Part shown: positions 1-14,500 of the stretch, piece by piece
Layout of the letters: the number at the start of each line of letters is the position of its first letter
Position numbering within the stretch: the stretch's first letter is position 1
Assembly (NCBI GenBank): GCA_003971905.1
Contig: RSEE01000075.1
Coordinates: forward strand, 62,001-126,000
DNA: 64,000 nt
Source: Moniliella sp. 'wahieum'
Lineage: Eukaryota
Direction: 5' to 3'
Translations under genes and position numbers: made by a program
The notes under the pieces: model-generated
What the model was told of the DNA's origin: nothing
Databases searched by the model: none
Seen by the model: the letters and a program-made list of their open reading frames with translations, nothing else

Positions 1-57
1 CAGACCTAGACCCAGGGGCAGGAGACACATCCGATCCACCAGACGGACCTGGGGACT

Positions 58-3000
58 TCATTTTAGCTGCTGCCGCTGTGCGCCGCAGCCGAGGACGAAG
101 GAGGAGGGACCTTGGTCCGCAGTTTGCGCAGCGCACCAAACGTGGGCAAGCGCATCGGCGTCTGTGACGGTGTCGCGGTCTGGGTCGCGGTCTGGATCGT
201 GGTCTGAGTCGTGGTCTTGGGATCGGCATGCTTTTCCTCCCAGCCCCATCCTGAGGCCGAATTCGACGTCGTGCTGCGCTGGTGCGGGTCAGAGCGGATG
301 CCCAACGCCGAGGCTGGACGCGGGCGCAGGCCCAAGCCCAAGCGCGACCGTGACCGAGGCGCCGGCGCAGGCAAAGCGGGTGTGGGTGTCTGTGCCCTTG
401 TGGTGTCTGTGCCCGTGCAGTGTTGGTGTTGGTGCGGGAGCAGCTGAGGCCGGTCTGCACAAGTGGTGAGGAGAGACTGTTTCCAAGAAGCTGTGGGGCC
501 GCAAAATGCACCAAATGCGTGTCCGTGCACCGATGCGCCCCCACCACGTCCGTCAAGGCGTCCGAGCCGGTCCCAAGCGAAGAGGTATCTTCAAACACCG
601 ATACCAGCGCCGTTCCATCCGCTGCATCCGCGTCGAGGTCGAGCGCCGCATAGCGCTCAGCATTCCCAGCCCCATTTGCACCTGCATCTGCATCTCGACC
701 CGCCTCGGCATGTGCATGTGCATCCCCATGGGCATGTGCATCTGATCGCGCCGCGCAATGAAGAGATTCGCACGACAGCGGCAGGCCCGCCCGGTACGCC
801 GCCAACAGTCGTGCGGCGGCAGTGGGCTGGCCCGAAGCAGCACCACCACCACCCGCAGTGGTACGCCCTCCAGCAGGAGCAGGAGGGAGCGCATCGGACT
901 CAGCCAGGTCCTCAACCCAATCGTCCTCGCTGCGTCCGGAGGCGGAGGAGCCGGGGCCGGGGGGCGCGCTAGCCCGGCGCGGAGGGGGCACAAGGTGTAC
1001 CTGAGTTTGCTGTTTATGTTCGAGCGAGAGGAGAGAGCGCGTGTCGACGAGTTCGCCGCCGTACGGCGTGTCAATGACCACATAGCCGTTATCTGGATCC
1101 CACCGGTTGCGAGCACCAGCGTCCGAGGCACCAAAGCGCGCGTCGGGTCCGTCGTGCCCGGCTGACTTGGGGTAGCGCGTTAACAGGTGCAGTTTCGCCC
1201 CGAGCTCCACGACTCGCGCACTGGCCCCGTGCAAACGCGGGTTGACGTTGGTGTGCATCGGGCCCCAGCCCGCAGCCGAGGCTGGGCGCGGCGGGACGCC
1301 GTTGCCCCCAAACCCAAGTCCAGACCCAAGTCCAAGTCCAGACCCAGGGACAGACCCAGACATGGCCGCACCCACGCCCGGCCCGGACCCTGGGCGTCGA
1401 CTTGCCGTGCGCGGGACGAGGGAGACGGAGGACCCGACGGACCCGACGGGCGGGAGGGTACCCGCCAAACTGGCCACTGACATCTCCGCCGGTCCACCAG
1501 GCCCAGCTCGCGCCCTTAGCCCCAGTCGAGAAGGAATGTGGTACTCGTTGCTAGCGAGAAGCGAGCGCTGTTCCGCCGAGGTCAGACGCGTGTGGCTCGA
1601 CTTGGGGTGCAGGTGTGGCGCAGTAGGGGCAGGGGCAGTCGCGCGCGCCGCACCGTTCACGCCCATGCTCATGCTCATGCTCAATGTGGGCACAGCAGAG
1701 GGCGACGATACGCTCGGCAAAGCTACTGCTGACCCTGATGCTGATGCTGATGCTGACGCGTGCGGGTGAGGGTGAGGGGGGACGTGGCTCGAAAGCGAAA
1801 GCGAAACCGACGGGGCGGAATCGGTCGTGGGCGTAGCGAGCGCTTTAGCCGGGCCAGTCTGTTTGCGCGCCGGTCCACTGGTCGTAGACGGCGGCAGGCG
1901 CGGCGCGCGCGGCGGCGGCGGCGCAATCACAAATATACTTTGGTGGTGTTTGTCGGACGCCATGCCGCGCGGGATGGAGGGTGTGAGAGACCAGCTGTCT
2001 TCCTCTCCCGTAGGATGGTGGGTGTGAGTGTGAGTGTGAGTGTGGGCGTGGGCGGACGCATGCTGGGCGATGGAGGAGGAATAAGGAGCGTGGTGGGTGG
2101 TGGATTCGGTGCCGGTCATGCTTTCTGCATCGGCGTCCAACCCACTCGGCTCAGCTTGCGACGAGCTGTCCAGCTCGTCGACCAGGAGCGAGGACGAGGG
2201 GGAGTGGGACGAGGCGTGGGTGAGAAACGAGTGGGTGGACGGGACGAGGCGGGCCGTCGCAGCTCCAGGTTGCTGGGCCGGTGCTGGCTCCGACAGCGGG
2301 TCGGACGGGGGCGCCGCGCCCAAACCCGTCGCGTCCACTGCGGGACGGCCGAGGTGGGTCGACTTGAGAGACGACTGCGGAGTGCACCTTCGAAGCTGCG
2401 AGCAAAGAACAAAAACAAAAAAACGGGTCAGCACGGCACACGGGAACCAAGCACGAGCATGGTGGGATCAGGACGGGGACGGACACTGTGGAGACTGGGT
2501 GGAGGTGAGTCCTTGATGTCCGACGGGGCCGAGCGCGATGGCGATCGGCGAGCTAGGGCGGCTGCGACACCACCTTCCACCGTGGCCGAGTACGAGTAGC
2601 TGTGCTGGCTGCGGAGCGCGCGTAGGGACGGGTGGGACGTCTTCGTGGGCACCTTGGTCGCGACGGCCTTGTGGGCGGTGGGACGGGCGAGCGGCGGGCT
2701 GGGCTGGCGCGCAGTTTGGGCCGCCTTGCTCTTCTGGACACGCTGGGCCTTGAGCTTGGCCTGGGCCACGGCCGCCGCCTGGGCGGGGTCGGCCGGCGCG
2801 GTGCACGGGACGCAGCCCGTCTTGGTGTTGGACTGGGCCGATGCGTGCGACAGGTGCTTGTCCGGCGCCGCGTCGGCATCGACGTCGACGTCGATGGAGG
2901 AGGGGCTGGCGGGGGCGAGGACGGACGAGCGGAGGAGAGGGCGGCGTTGCGGCCCTGCCAGTCCTCGACGACCTTGAGGCTGCGCCGGACAGAGCCTGTG

Positions 3001-3514
3001 GGGTGGTGCGACGGGCGGCTTGTGCGCGGGGGACGACTTGGACTTGCTCGAGCGCGACGAGTCGGGCCGGGAGCGGGCGCGGCGGGGGCGCGGCGGAGGC
3101 TGCTCGGACGGCACGCGGTGGGCGCGGCGGGAGGCGCTGCTGCGGGTGGTGGAGCGGGCGGAGGGGTGGCGGTGGCCGCGCGTGCTGGTGGTCGGGGTGG
3201 GGTCGAGGGGGGAGGAAGGAGCGTGGTGGTGGTGGTGGTGGTGGTGGTGGTGGGCGGCGCGAGTGGGCGTGGGAGTGGGGGCGTGGGCGTGGGAGTGGGA
3301 AGGGGACGGCGGGTGGGACGCGACGGCGGGGGCAAGCAGAGGCCCGATCTGGGCCTGGTAGACGGCGTGCTGCGGGTGGGCGGGGTTGCTCATCGCGACA
3401 ATCGCATCGAACACATCGCCGCCCTGCACGTACACCACCCACCCTGGGCGGCTTGCCGGGCACCTTGGACGGCGTGGGCGCCGTGCCGGCGCGCTTGCCC
3501 GCCGCGGACGCCAT
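58..3514 (-). CDS. Hypothetical low-complexity (Pro/Ser/Ala/His-rich) protein, frameshifted, at least one intron (~2397-2484); 3' end approximate
   Basis: ATG at 3514 (MASAAGKRAG...) joins the 2428-3438 ORF by a frameshift; GTCCGT...CTGAC...CAG intron on the minus strand; long open minus-strand reading continues to near the window start. No recognisable domain. Confidence 0.45.
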
Positions 3515-5479
3515 GGGCCAGGAGGAGGAGCACGCGCGCAGCGCAGATGGCGGAGGAGCAGCGCGAAGAAGCGCCGCCGCCGCGGCTCGGCGCCAGCCCG
3601 CCGCCGCCCGCACTGCCCCCGTGCCGCCGCCCGCCCCCCGGCACCGCGCCCCTGCTCGCTTGGCGCGCACGGCCACCCGCACCGCGCCAGTCTCCCGTCT
3701 GCCCGCCCCGGTGTGGCGCCCAGCCCCGATTGTCACGCACACACTGCCCCCCGGCTGCCTCCCCTCCGCTCGGCATGTCGCCTGTCAGAGCACCTGCTCT
3801 GTCCCATGTCACTCGCATGTCACACTCACACTCCCTAGCCACTGCCCCGCCCCCCCCCCCCGACAACCCCCATCAGCTTCCACGTCCGACCCACCACCAC
3901 CAGCGCGTCGTCTCCAACGCCCGGCCATTGGTATAACCGCACCGTACACAGTGTGGCATAGTCCTCTTTGCATCGCGTGCCCTTGTCCCGCCCAATGGGA
4001 CGACCAATGTACGACGTGGCCCGTGCCCCGTTTCCTGGTCCAGCAAGCCCAGCCCACAGACCATGCTTGGAGGCGACAAAGATGCTTTAGCGACCTGGGT
4101 GGTCGTCACACAGAATAGGCCACTGGAATGTCCATCGGACTGCTGTCCCCTGCTAGTACCGCCACCCCCGCAAAAACCTCTTCACCATTGCACTCTTCAT
4201 CAACACTTCCGCCCCGCCACGCCGAAACCTTAGCCATGACTCTGGCCCGCGTTCTTGATCGTCTTGACCTATCACGGCAGCCAAGGCTGGCTGACAAGCC
4301 CGGCGGAGTCTACGCGCTCCCAATTGGCTTTGCTAACCCCGTACCCATCCGTTGGCCTTCCCGGTGATCAGACCAGATCCGATCTCTACCGGGGCCCGCC
4401 GCTGCGTGCCATCAGCCCCAAGTAAATGTATCGGGCATATGGCCATGCTGCTTATATGCGTCGTGTGTTTGTTGTGTCTTGTACGCCTTCCACCATCATT
4501 ATATCTCCCCCCTAGTAAAAAGGTTTGGACGACCCGTGATTCGTATTCAGAACGGGCTGTGTGCCCGCAGTACTACTTGGTGAGGGTAGATCCTCTCCAG
4601 CATCATTTCCTTCGCTGACAACGCCTCCCTCTCCCAGACAAGTTCAAGCTGCGCCTTGCCAACACTGCTGTCGGGACATGTTGTCAGTGTAAAGGCAGAT
4701 GAGAGGAGGGGACCCATATCCGCTTACCCGTGCAAAGGGCTGTCATCCATGTCACCATAGCGTGGCATATTCAATTGGCTACAAAAAACGGGTAAGCCCT
4801 TGGTCCCAGTTTGATTCGAGAGTGGTACTATACCGCCTCCCAGTTGCCACCCGAGGGAGCCATTCATTGCACCACAACCGGCACCAATGCCCAGGGCACG
4901 TATCAACCGCATCCCGCTTCTCTGCCCCCTACCGCAGCACAAACAGTTCAGTGTCAGTACGGATGCGGGTGTTTGGTCTGCGCTCCTCAGGCGCCTTCAG
5001 TACCGGCTCAATGGGGACAGCGCTGGTGCAAACGAGGACAGAGGTGCAAAGGGAGCGGTGGCGTAAGGCCGAGTGGTGCAGCAAGAACAACTGACGGGGA
5101 GCAAGGGCCGAGGTGGAGGGAGGGGCGATGCAGGGGGACTGGAGGAATACGGAGGAAAGGTAGAGCGAATGGGGGCCATGGACCAAGGGGAGTCGGTGGT
5201 GCCAACTAACGGATGCTGTGGCAGTGGACACCGTCTGAAAATCGGGCAAGTTGTTCCTCACAGCCTTCTCACGCCCCCCCCACTGCCCAGGCTGCTTCCC
5301 AATAACCGCTTTGAGCATCTCCTTTGGGTTGTTTTGCTTTGCTTTGCTTTGCTGTGCGTCTCCTCGTGATTAATGATTGGGTACCAGGCCACGCAGTAGA
5401 ACAGAAGCGGGCGAGCGACAGCCAGGCTGCTCGCGCTGCGTTCCTAACTCACGCGGGGGCCATCGGACGCCCCTGGAAG

Positions 5480-5487
5480 TGACGTCA
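5480..5487. promoter_or_regulatory. CRE/ATF-type palindrome TGACGTCA ~190 bp upstream of the LURP-one-like gene
   Basis: Exact TGACGTCA in upstream position; function is inference. Confidence 0.3.
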
Positions 5488-5676
5488 TGGTCTCGCACAG
5501 CGAGGCACTCACCGGTCATTGATCATCGCTCCTTGCACTCATTGGTCATCGCTCGCTTCCTATTAGCCACGAAAATGTACTTGCCGTAAAATACATCCAT
5601 TCCATCGTCCCTTCCATCCATCCAGACCCATCCCATCCCACATCCATCCGACGCCCTCGTGGACCATCGACCGACC

Positions 5677-6535
5677 ATGCCTTGCCCCGACGGTAGCCAC
5701 GCCGCCCTGCCCGCCTGGGACGCCACGAAGCACGCGCCTTGCCCCCCCGCCCCGCGCTCGGCTCTTCCCCACCTGGACGCAGCACAGCAATTCACAGCAG
5801 CTGAAGCTTTTGAGCAAATTAGGATTTTCCTCCAAGCTCTACGCGATTGACCAACTCACCTCCTCCCCGTGCTGCAGTGGAAACTGTGTCGTTCGCTACC
5901 GCCCTTCCACCCAGCCGAATACGTGGTGCAAGATACGCGCACCTACACGCCCTTGCTCACTGTGCGCCAGGTCTCCGGGTTTGGAAAAGGGACCTGGCTC
6001 CTGTTGGATCCAGCTACGCGCGCTGTGCTGTGCGAACTGACAAGGTGCTCGTTCGGCTTGATCGACTTGCGCGACTTTAATGTTACCTTTCGCAACTGGG
6101 TTGGGCATTCTGCCGATGCCCCTTCCTCGCCCCCGCCTGCGACACTGACGTACAGACTGCACCGACACTCGTTTTCGGGCCTGTGGGAGTTCCAAGCCCC
6201 GACGGCACGGTGGTCGCGTTGGTGCAACGACCGTTCTTTGGTTACCAAGATGTCGTAACCAGTTCGTTTTTTTTTCCCTCCACGGTTCTTTCTCTCCTTC
6301 TTTCCTTTTCTCGTTATCTCTCTTTTACTTCTCTGCTTGTCCCCTTCCCTCCTTCTCCGCTTTGGCCCACACCTCCGTCGTTCCTGCTAACTCTGCCTGC
6401 CTTGGTTTTTTCGGCCCCACCCACACAGTACCTCCCTATGTGGACACCGTCTTGGTAACCACCCTAGCCATGATTGCACGCGAAGAAGATATAAGACAGC
6501 AAGAACGAAGATCAGCCCACCGTCGCACCCATTGA
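5677..6535 (+). CDS. LURP-one / Tubby C-terminal-like (scramblase-fold) protein; intron 6262-6428; 2-3 frameshifts
   Basis: Segments EYVVQDTRTYTPLLTVR, WEFQAP/DGTVVALVQR and the spliced C-terminus DVVTIPPYVDTVLVTTLAMIA match the LURP-one pattern; intron GTTCGT...CTAAC...CAG restores frame. Confidence 0.55.
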
Positions 6536-7493
6536 TGTCAGTCGTGGGTTGATAGAGCGTTATTGTGCCCCCCCTCCGTCCCTCGTGTCGTGTGACCGCG
6601 TGATCTTATCTCATCTCATCGCATCTTCTCTTTTCTTTTCTGTTCTTTTGTTTTGTTTTCCGTTCGGCTCCGCTCCCAGTACGTCTTCTCGTCCCGCGGA
6701 TCGACGGCGCGCGTCCCACCCATCTCCCTTTTCGGTCGGCCGGGACAAGCGGAGAGGGATTCACATTTACCCAGTCGCGCCTCGACTGGCCGTGCGGAAT
6801 CTTGATCTTGATCTTAATCTTGATCTTAGTGTCGCCCCGGCCGAGCACTCTATACCATCAATGCAAGACCACTGACATACGTTCTGTTTCTTTTTCTTTT
6901 TACCGACATGGGGATGCTAGAGTGCGACTTGGGAGCACTCGCGATCCTATGGATCAGCTGCAAAGCAGCCTTCAGACAAGGCGTGAAGGCAAAGTGGTGA
7001 GCCACAAGTCTTCAAGCAACGTCTGAAGGGAAGGAGAAAGGAGAGAGAGAAGGGAGATGGAGCGAGCAGGGCGTGCGCGGCCTGCGAGCGGAACTCTTCC
7101 GCTCGGCTAGGCGAGCGTCACCGATCCATTGAGGGCGCGCAGGAGAACCCTAGCAGTACCCTCTAACAGGGGATAGCTTACCTACCTTCCCATTCACCTG
7201 ATGGACAAGAGGGCTGCCAGATTCGAAGGATTCCTCTACGATATTGATATCGATATCGATGCAATGCTTTGTGATGGTGCGATGGATGCATGGCCGCCGT
7301 CGATGCAAAGGTTTAACCGTCGATTTTGATGTATGTAGCGCAGGTGGGAGATGAGAGAGATGAGTGGCATGAGGGATGAGAGAGGAAGGAGAGGGATGAG
7401 AGAGATAGAGAGATGAGAGAGATGAGAAGGATGAGGCCGATGAGGGATGGTGGGGACGAGGGTGATGAGAAAGCAGGCTGTAGGAGGCTACGG

Positions 7494-9806
7494 CTACCGA
7501 CTGCCAGGTGGGGGAAGATCACGTACTTGCTTGACCCGTTCCAAGAAACGACCCATACGACTGTCCTTGTGTCCTGGCGTCGCCTGCGCCAGCGACGGCA
7601 CCGGTAGGGGAGCCGGTGGGGGAACCGGTAGGGGCACCGGTACGGGCGCGGACGAAGCCAGTGTGCCGACATTGGATCCGATCGTCGCGTTGGTAAGTGG
7701 GCCATTGGTAGGTGGGCCGTTGTTCCGTGTGCAGCCGAGGCCGCGCCCGATCCTAGGTCCGACAACCCAGCAGGCACGGGATGGCTCGACGGCACAAACC
7801 CTGATTCTACCGAGGTTCCATTCCACGCGGACCTGGCAGGTGCATTCGGTGGCCCACTCGGGCTTGGGATCGTCGGTCCCGCGCGTGGGCGGGGAGAGGT
7901 AAGAGGATGAGGACAAGGCTTGGCAGGGGGGGCAGGAGGAGCAGGAGGAGAGCAGGGGGAGCAGGGGGAGCAGGGCCAAGCGGTCGAAGTGGGACAGCTT
8001 GGACTGTGAGGCAGATTGGAATTGGGATTGGGGTTGGAGGTCGCCCCAGTTATCGCTGCCATCCGGGGCTTAGGCTGTTCCCTGGCACGGAAGCAAATGA
8101 GGCTTGGGAGATGGGGCGGCGACGTGGACCGGGCTAGGCGGTGCTTCGAGTTGCGGCATGCGTAGTTTGGACAGGACAATCGTCACGGATTCGGGTGGCG
8201 GTTGGTACTCGGCTTTGGCAAGCTCTTTCGCATCTTTGTCTTTCTTTTCGCCCATGGCCAAGAGCCGCGCGAGCGCCTTACGGGGCGATTCAGGTTCGGG
8301 CGGGTGATTGAGCTTGATCGTCGAGCGGCCACCGCCGCCGCCGCTGCCTCCGCCTCCGGACCCGGGCCTTTCTACCTCGCGTTTCGGTAGCCCCTTGGTC
8401 GGCGAGGGCGAGCGGGAGGCATCTCTGCCAGGAGGGGGAAGATCTTGAATGTACTGAAACAGTTCGTCGTGCTCGCCACCAGCACCCTTTTGGTGACGGG
8501 GGAGCTTGTAGTACGCTCGTTTGACCTCGGCGGCAACCTGAATCGCTTTGGGCACATGCCGAGCCGATGTGGCATGCAAACACCACCAGGCTCATGTTGA
8601 GCCCGTGCTGCAACGCACCCCTCGGGCCGCACAGGACCATCGTCCCGCAAAAGACGCATGCAGTGCTCCACATAATCCGACACGTGGCCCCACTCTTCAA
8701 CCGCCACCTCGTTGGGCGCAGACTGGAGTGAGGGCAAGGCAGGAAGCGAGCGAGGTCGCTGGTCAGGATGGAAAGATACAACGGTCGCACGCGTATGAAA
8801 CGCAAGCCCAAGAGGCGAGGGAGGGAATACGGAATACGTACTGAGCGGGACGGGCTGTCGGGGCGTTTTTTGCGGTGAGATCGGTGGATGGCCACACTGG
8901 CGGCGGGGGTAAAGGAGAGATAGATATTGTCGATGGGCGTCTTGTACGTATCGTCGTAATCGGCATCGAGAAGGGTAGTGAGCGACATGAGCAATAGGTA
9001 CTCCAGTCCCCTCAGATCGGAAATGGACAGCCGAAGAATGTTGTAGTCGACAAGCTGTAACGACCCTAGCATCTGTCCGTTTCCTTCTCGCTGCACCCCC
9101 CCACTTGGGTCGAGTAGCGCAGCGCATGCCGATCTTTGCCCGTCAGAGGCTTGTAGATGGCAAGCGGAATGTTGGGATCTGGACTGCGCAGGCCCAACAC
9201 GTGTACCCGTTCTTGCCTGCACTCGAGGGACCCAACACTTTATCGCGCTTCCACGAGAAGACCACCGGGTCCACCGGGTCCACCGCATCCACCGCATCCA
9301 CTGCATCGCGCTCGGAAGAACGCCAGGGAAAGCGCCATTCACTGGCAAACGTCATGCCTTGCTTTTTCAACGGCACTTGTTCGTCCGGCGCATGGAGACA
9401 CAGCAGTTTGGTCTTGGCCTGCGCATGGGACGCGGTGACAGAGACGAGCGGATGGGAAGGACCAAAGAGGGTACGATAAAGAAGCGCAAGTACTCGATAC
9501 TGCGCGTGGCACGTGCGCACGTGTAGATGGCTTTGGGCGCGTGGTGCGTCTCGACCTACAAATCCAAGCCCGCGTCAGCAGTAGCGTCAGCAGCAGCGTC
9601 AACGTCGACGCTCACCTCAACTCAATACGCTCCTCCCCCGGTCGGTGGATACGCAGCCAACCCTGGCCATCGCTCGGGGAGACTCTCGGGAGACCGGGGC
9701 CCCGGGCGCGCAGCGCAGCGGAAGAAACACGTACCCAGTCGCATACCGATGCATCTGCAGACCGGCGGACGAGGTGCAGAGTGTAGAGGCTGGGATCGAG
9801 CGCCAT
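7494..9806 (-). CDS. Conserved fungal hypothetical protein, multi-exon, frameshifted; 3' end approximate
   Basis: Start MALDPSLYTLHLV; globular-looking blocks (LQLVDYNILRLSISDLRGLEYLLLMSLTTLLD; NEVAVEEWGHVSDYVEHCMRLL; KAIQVAAEVKRAYYK) spread over successive minus-strand ORFs with GT..AG introns. Confidence 0.55.
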
Positions 9807-10754
9807 GGTCGAGTCGAGCAGCCGAGGGGACGGCCAGGCGTAGCGCGACGGTCGTCGGTGCTCAGTCTGAGTACTGAGTCCTCTTCAGCTTCAAGCTTCA
9901 CGGCAGAGAGATCGGCCGAGGTGCTCGGGCTGCGCACTGGGGCGGAGCAGAGCGGCCAAGCGAAGCGACCCAAGCTTGTTGAGCAGGAAAACACGGAGTA
10001 TCAGTCCTGAGCTCAGTACTCAAATTGAGCGGCCAAGCTTCCGCCCAAGACGCTCCAACCGAGGCGACGATGGATGAGATGGATGAGGTGGAGCGTCCGG
10101 CGGATGGTCCGATCGCGTTGGCGCGTGGACGGATCAACACGATCAACTCGTAGTTGGCCATGATCAATCTGATCGATGATCTCCATCATCCCGCACGCGC
10201 CACGTCATGGCAATCGTCGCGTCATCAACGTTCATCTTCATGTCATATTCACCGTTCAGCATCTTTTCTTCATCACATTGGGAGTCTCCATTCGCCATGT
10301 CGGTTGCCGGGTCGCATCAACGTCATCAACGTTCAACCGAGGCCATCAAGATCAAGTGTCCCCCCAGAGGCAGCTGGCCTGTGTTTGCGCAGCGCATTCG
10401 GCGGCACGGGCACAAGAGCCCGGTAGGGAGAGCGCCGTGGGACTCGACCAACTACTATAAAGGATGCTACCTGCCCCGCGTGCCACCACGCGGTATACGC
10501 AAGAGCGGCAGACTGGCGCAGCGGGCCAAGCAGCGCTGGGCGGTCGCAATGCCTCATGCGCACCAAGCACCAAACACAGGTATCACCGAATGCATTGGGA
10601 CGCATAAGGGAGACAGGAGGTCTGTCATAGATAAAGAGTGCTTTCGACAAGGGGAAAGAAAAGTGGAGGACGCCGGAGGAGGGGGAGACGAGCCCTGAGC
10701 GCTCACTGAGCAGCGAGCACTGGGCGAGGCAGAGATGCAGTGGAGGGCTAGTCC

Positions 10755-11483
10755 TCAGTAGCGGTAAGAATCGCCCCTGGACCCAGTCGAGAGCGATTGT
10801 ACACATCCGAGCGGCGATGTTGGCGTGGCACCGGCGGGGGCGAATGGGACAGACGCGACAAGGGGAGGCTACTTCGGCCCGAACGAGGACCATCAGGGTC
10901 CTAAGGCGCAAATGGCGGTGCCCACGCTCGTCCTGGCTGCGGTACCGGTCTCCGGGGCCTGAGGAGCCACCCCGATCGTGCGAAAGGCGACGCGAAGAGG
11001 ATCGGTCCCGCTCCCGTTCCCACTCCCGACTCGAGCCATGTGTATCGCGGGAAGGCGAGCGGTCCCGCGCACGCTCCTCTCGCGAGCTCACCCCCGCCCC
11101 ATCGGAGCGGTATCGTCCGCCAGTGGAACCACTCGCATCCTCCCCACGAGAATGGTGGTCCGAAGTTAGCTTGAGGCGTTTGTGGCTGGACGAGGCAGGC
11201 GGACTGGCGTCCGACCTGGGTCGTGGCGGCATCAAACTGGACGCCCTGCGTTTTGAACCGCTCGGACCCGTGGAAACCACCGACGCCGACCGACTTTCTT
11301 CGCGTGTTTTTTCGCGCGGCTTGAGCTTGAGCTTTGGCTTGCGCTCGTCCGGCCCAGGAGATGAGGTGCTCGCCGCGACTTTGTAGAAAATCTCACGCAT
11401 CTTGGTAGCTTTGAGCTGCCAGACGGGGATCGGGTAGGGTGTTAGTACATTTGAAGTTTGGGGGGGGGAGGGAGAGGGGGGGA

Positions 11484-11531
<48 letters not shown>

Positions 11532-14500
11532 AGAGAAACATACCTCAGTGGGCCAAAAGTAGGAAGCGAATTTCCACAAGTGAAGTTCATGTCGCTCTTT
11601 GGCCGCGGCCGAGTCAAGAGCGTAGATGGTTTGAAGCACGTGGTCAATACGTTGGCCAACCGCCGACAGACACTCTTTGAGGACGGCGACTTTTTCTTCT
11701 CGTGCCAAGTGGTCGGTTCCTTGACGCAGCCGTTTGAGCTCTTTGCGACACGGACGCATCAGTTCCTTGCACTCGGCTTCATCCATGCTCTCTTCGTCCG
11801 ACGAGTCTGAGTAGTCCACCGTGACGCGCTTTTTGGCTGGCGCGGGCGCCGGGTAGGAAGAAGAGGCATGGTTCTGCCCATTGGCATGGGACCGGCCATT
11901 GGACGTAGCCACGTCGGGCGTTTGGCTCCCAGTCCGTTTCAGCTTCAAATTTTGCTCGTACTCTTCTGGCACGGCGTTCATCGCCTTGACGTGCTCGTCA
12001 TGGTCGCGAAGCACCTTGAGCAAATAGTCAGCACGGCGCATCAAATGCACTCCACTTGGCATGGGGCGCGAAGAACGTCCTCCAGCAACAGGGGCATCTT
12101 TGATATCTTTGGCATCTTGTTCGGGCGAAGGCTCCTTCTTCCCTCTACTCTCTGTCGTTTTCTTGCTTGCCCCTTTCTCCTTCTCTTTCTCGTCGAGGAA
12201 AAATTTGCCTGCAAACTCAAGGTCCGGGTCTTGCTCCATTTGATCCCACGCGCCCACGCCATACCGATAACACCCCAGCAGAAGATGGGCATCGTCCTTC
12301 GCGTCCCACGGCACGGACCAACTCATGGTCGTCTTGAGGGACCGGACCGGGATGCGCCAGCGCACCTGTTCCAACTGCGTCAACGGCGCCAACGTTTCGG
12401 TCAAGAGCGAAGACCGTTGAAGCGCAGTTCCGTTGTCTCGGCATTGATTTTGTCCACCCCACGAAACTTGACCAGCACAGCCTTTTGACGCAACTTGGAC
12501 ACGTCTTCCCCTTTTCCATCATGGCCGACATCAACGCACTGTGCTCCTGCACGGCCGCCGTGCAGATACTCATCAGTTCCCGCACGGCGTGCATCACCAC
12601 CGCACGATTCTTGCCCTGCAGACGAGCCTCCTCGATCATCTCATCGTACCGGGCCTCGGGATCGCCCCACTTGTGCAATCCACGCAGCAGAGTGCGCAGG
12701 TCCCGGTCTTTCAGCTCCATTGACTTTTCCGCTGCGGTTTTCATCTTGCGCCGGGGCGCCGCTGGACCTGCCGCTCCTTTCTTGCCCGATGCGCCGTCCA
12801 GGTCAGGCGAAGCCGAAAGTGAATCGCGGTGTCGTCTTGCCGCTGCTGCCGCTTGGGCCTTGGATTGTTCCCCTGCCTTTTCGGCCGCCTTGCGACGGCT
12901 GGGGAGCGACTCTTGCGCTGCCTCCTCCACCGCGCGTTGACGTTCTTCTTCCTCGGCTCTGCGCCGGTCCTCGAGGGGAATAATATCTTCCCACTTGACG
13001 TCCGTTTTGAAGTCCGACACCTGAGCAAACTGCTTCATGAACGCTTCGCCTCCGGACGACGCACCGCCACCAGGTCCTTCCGTGTCGATGGCATCGGCGT
13101 GTTTCAGAATATCGTCCAAGTCCATATCGTCCAACTTCTTTTGCTGGCCCGAGTCGTCTTCTTTGAACAAACTTTGTGCGCCAAACTTGAGAATCTCACC
13201 CAACTCTTCCTTGGACGGTTGCTGGGCCCGAGCCTGTGCCGCCGCCTGCGTCGACGAGGCAAAGGTACTGCCAGACGTGTCCATCTGATTGATGATGGCA
13301 TACTCGAGCACAATCTTACGCTTCGCCCGCTCAATCACATCTTCCTCCACTGTATCCTTGGTCAAAAAGCGAAAGACCGATACGTGGAACTTGGAATTGA
13401 GTCGGTGGGCGCGCGCCATGGCCTGCAAGTCGTTCTGCGGGTTCCAGTCCGAGTCAAAGATGATCACCGTGTCGGCGGTGGCAAGGTTGATGCCCAACCC
13501 GCCCGCGCGAGTCGAGAGCAAAAATGCAAAGTCGGGTGAATCAGGAGCGTTGAAATGGTCAATCGCCCTTCGTCGCTGGTCGGACGAGACGGTGCCATCG
13601 AGACGTTGGAAAATGTAGCCCCGAAGCCGCATATAGTCGCTAATAATGTCGAGCATGCGCACCATTTGAGAAAAGATGAGAACACGGTGCCCATCCGCCT
13701 TGAGACGAGCAAGTAGTTTGTCCAGCAACACCATCTTGCCTGAGTGCATGATCAGTCCTTTGAGCTGCTCCTCCCGCCCGACAGCAGCAGGCTCAGCGCC
13801 TTCAAATAGAAACGGGTGGTTCGCCGCCTTTTTCAACTCCATCGCAATGTTCAGCAGGGAAAACTGCGCACTGCTGTCTTTGCTCAAGATGGAAAAGTTG
13901 CGCGACAGAATCGCCTTGTACATCCGCCGCTGCATCCCTGACATCTCGACCCGCAGAATCTTCTCCGTCTTGCCGGGTAACTCCTTGATCACATCCTTCT
14001 TCAGCCGGCGAAGCATCACGTTGCCCAACTTGTCATGCAGCTCGGCGACCCGGGCTTGGTCCACCGTATCAATGTCAAAGTCTGTCTCGAGCGGGAACTC
14101 GTCGGGACGGAGGAAATGAAGGAGGGCAAGGAGCTCCTTGACGTTGTTTTGTAAGGGTGTGCCTGTGATAAGCAACTTGTTGGCCGTATGGAACGTCCCC
14201 AGCGCTTCGTACAACTGCGAGTCGGAGTTTTTCAGCCGATGCGCCTCGTCCACAGCAAGGTACTGCGCCATTTGATATGTCCCAACTCGGCCCGGTCCTT
14301 GAGCACAAACTCGTACGTCGTCACTAGCACATTGAACTTGATCTTCTTGCCCTGGCCAAACTCGTATTGGCGCATAATTTCGCGCGACGCAGTGTTGCCC
14401 ATGTAGGCAATCACGTTCAGATCGGGCGCCCACTGCTCAAACTGCTGCACCCAGGCCGGCAAGGTGGACAATGGGACGACGACCAAAAAGGGACCATACT

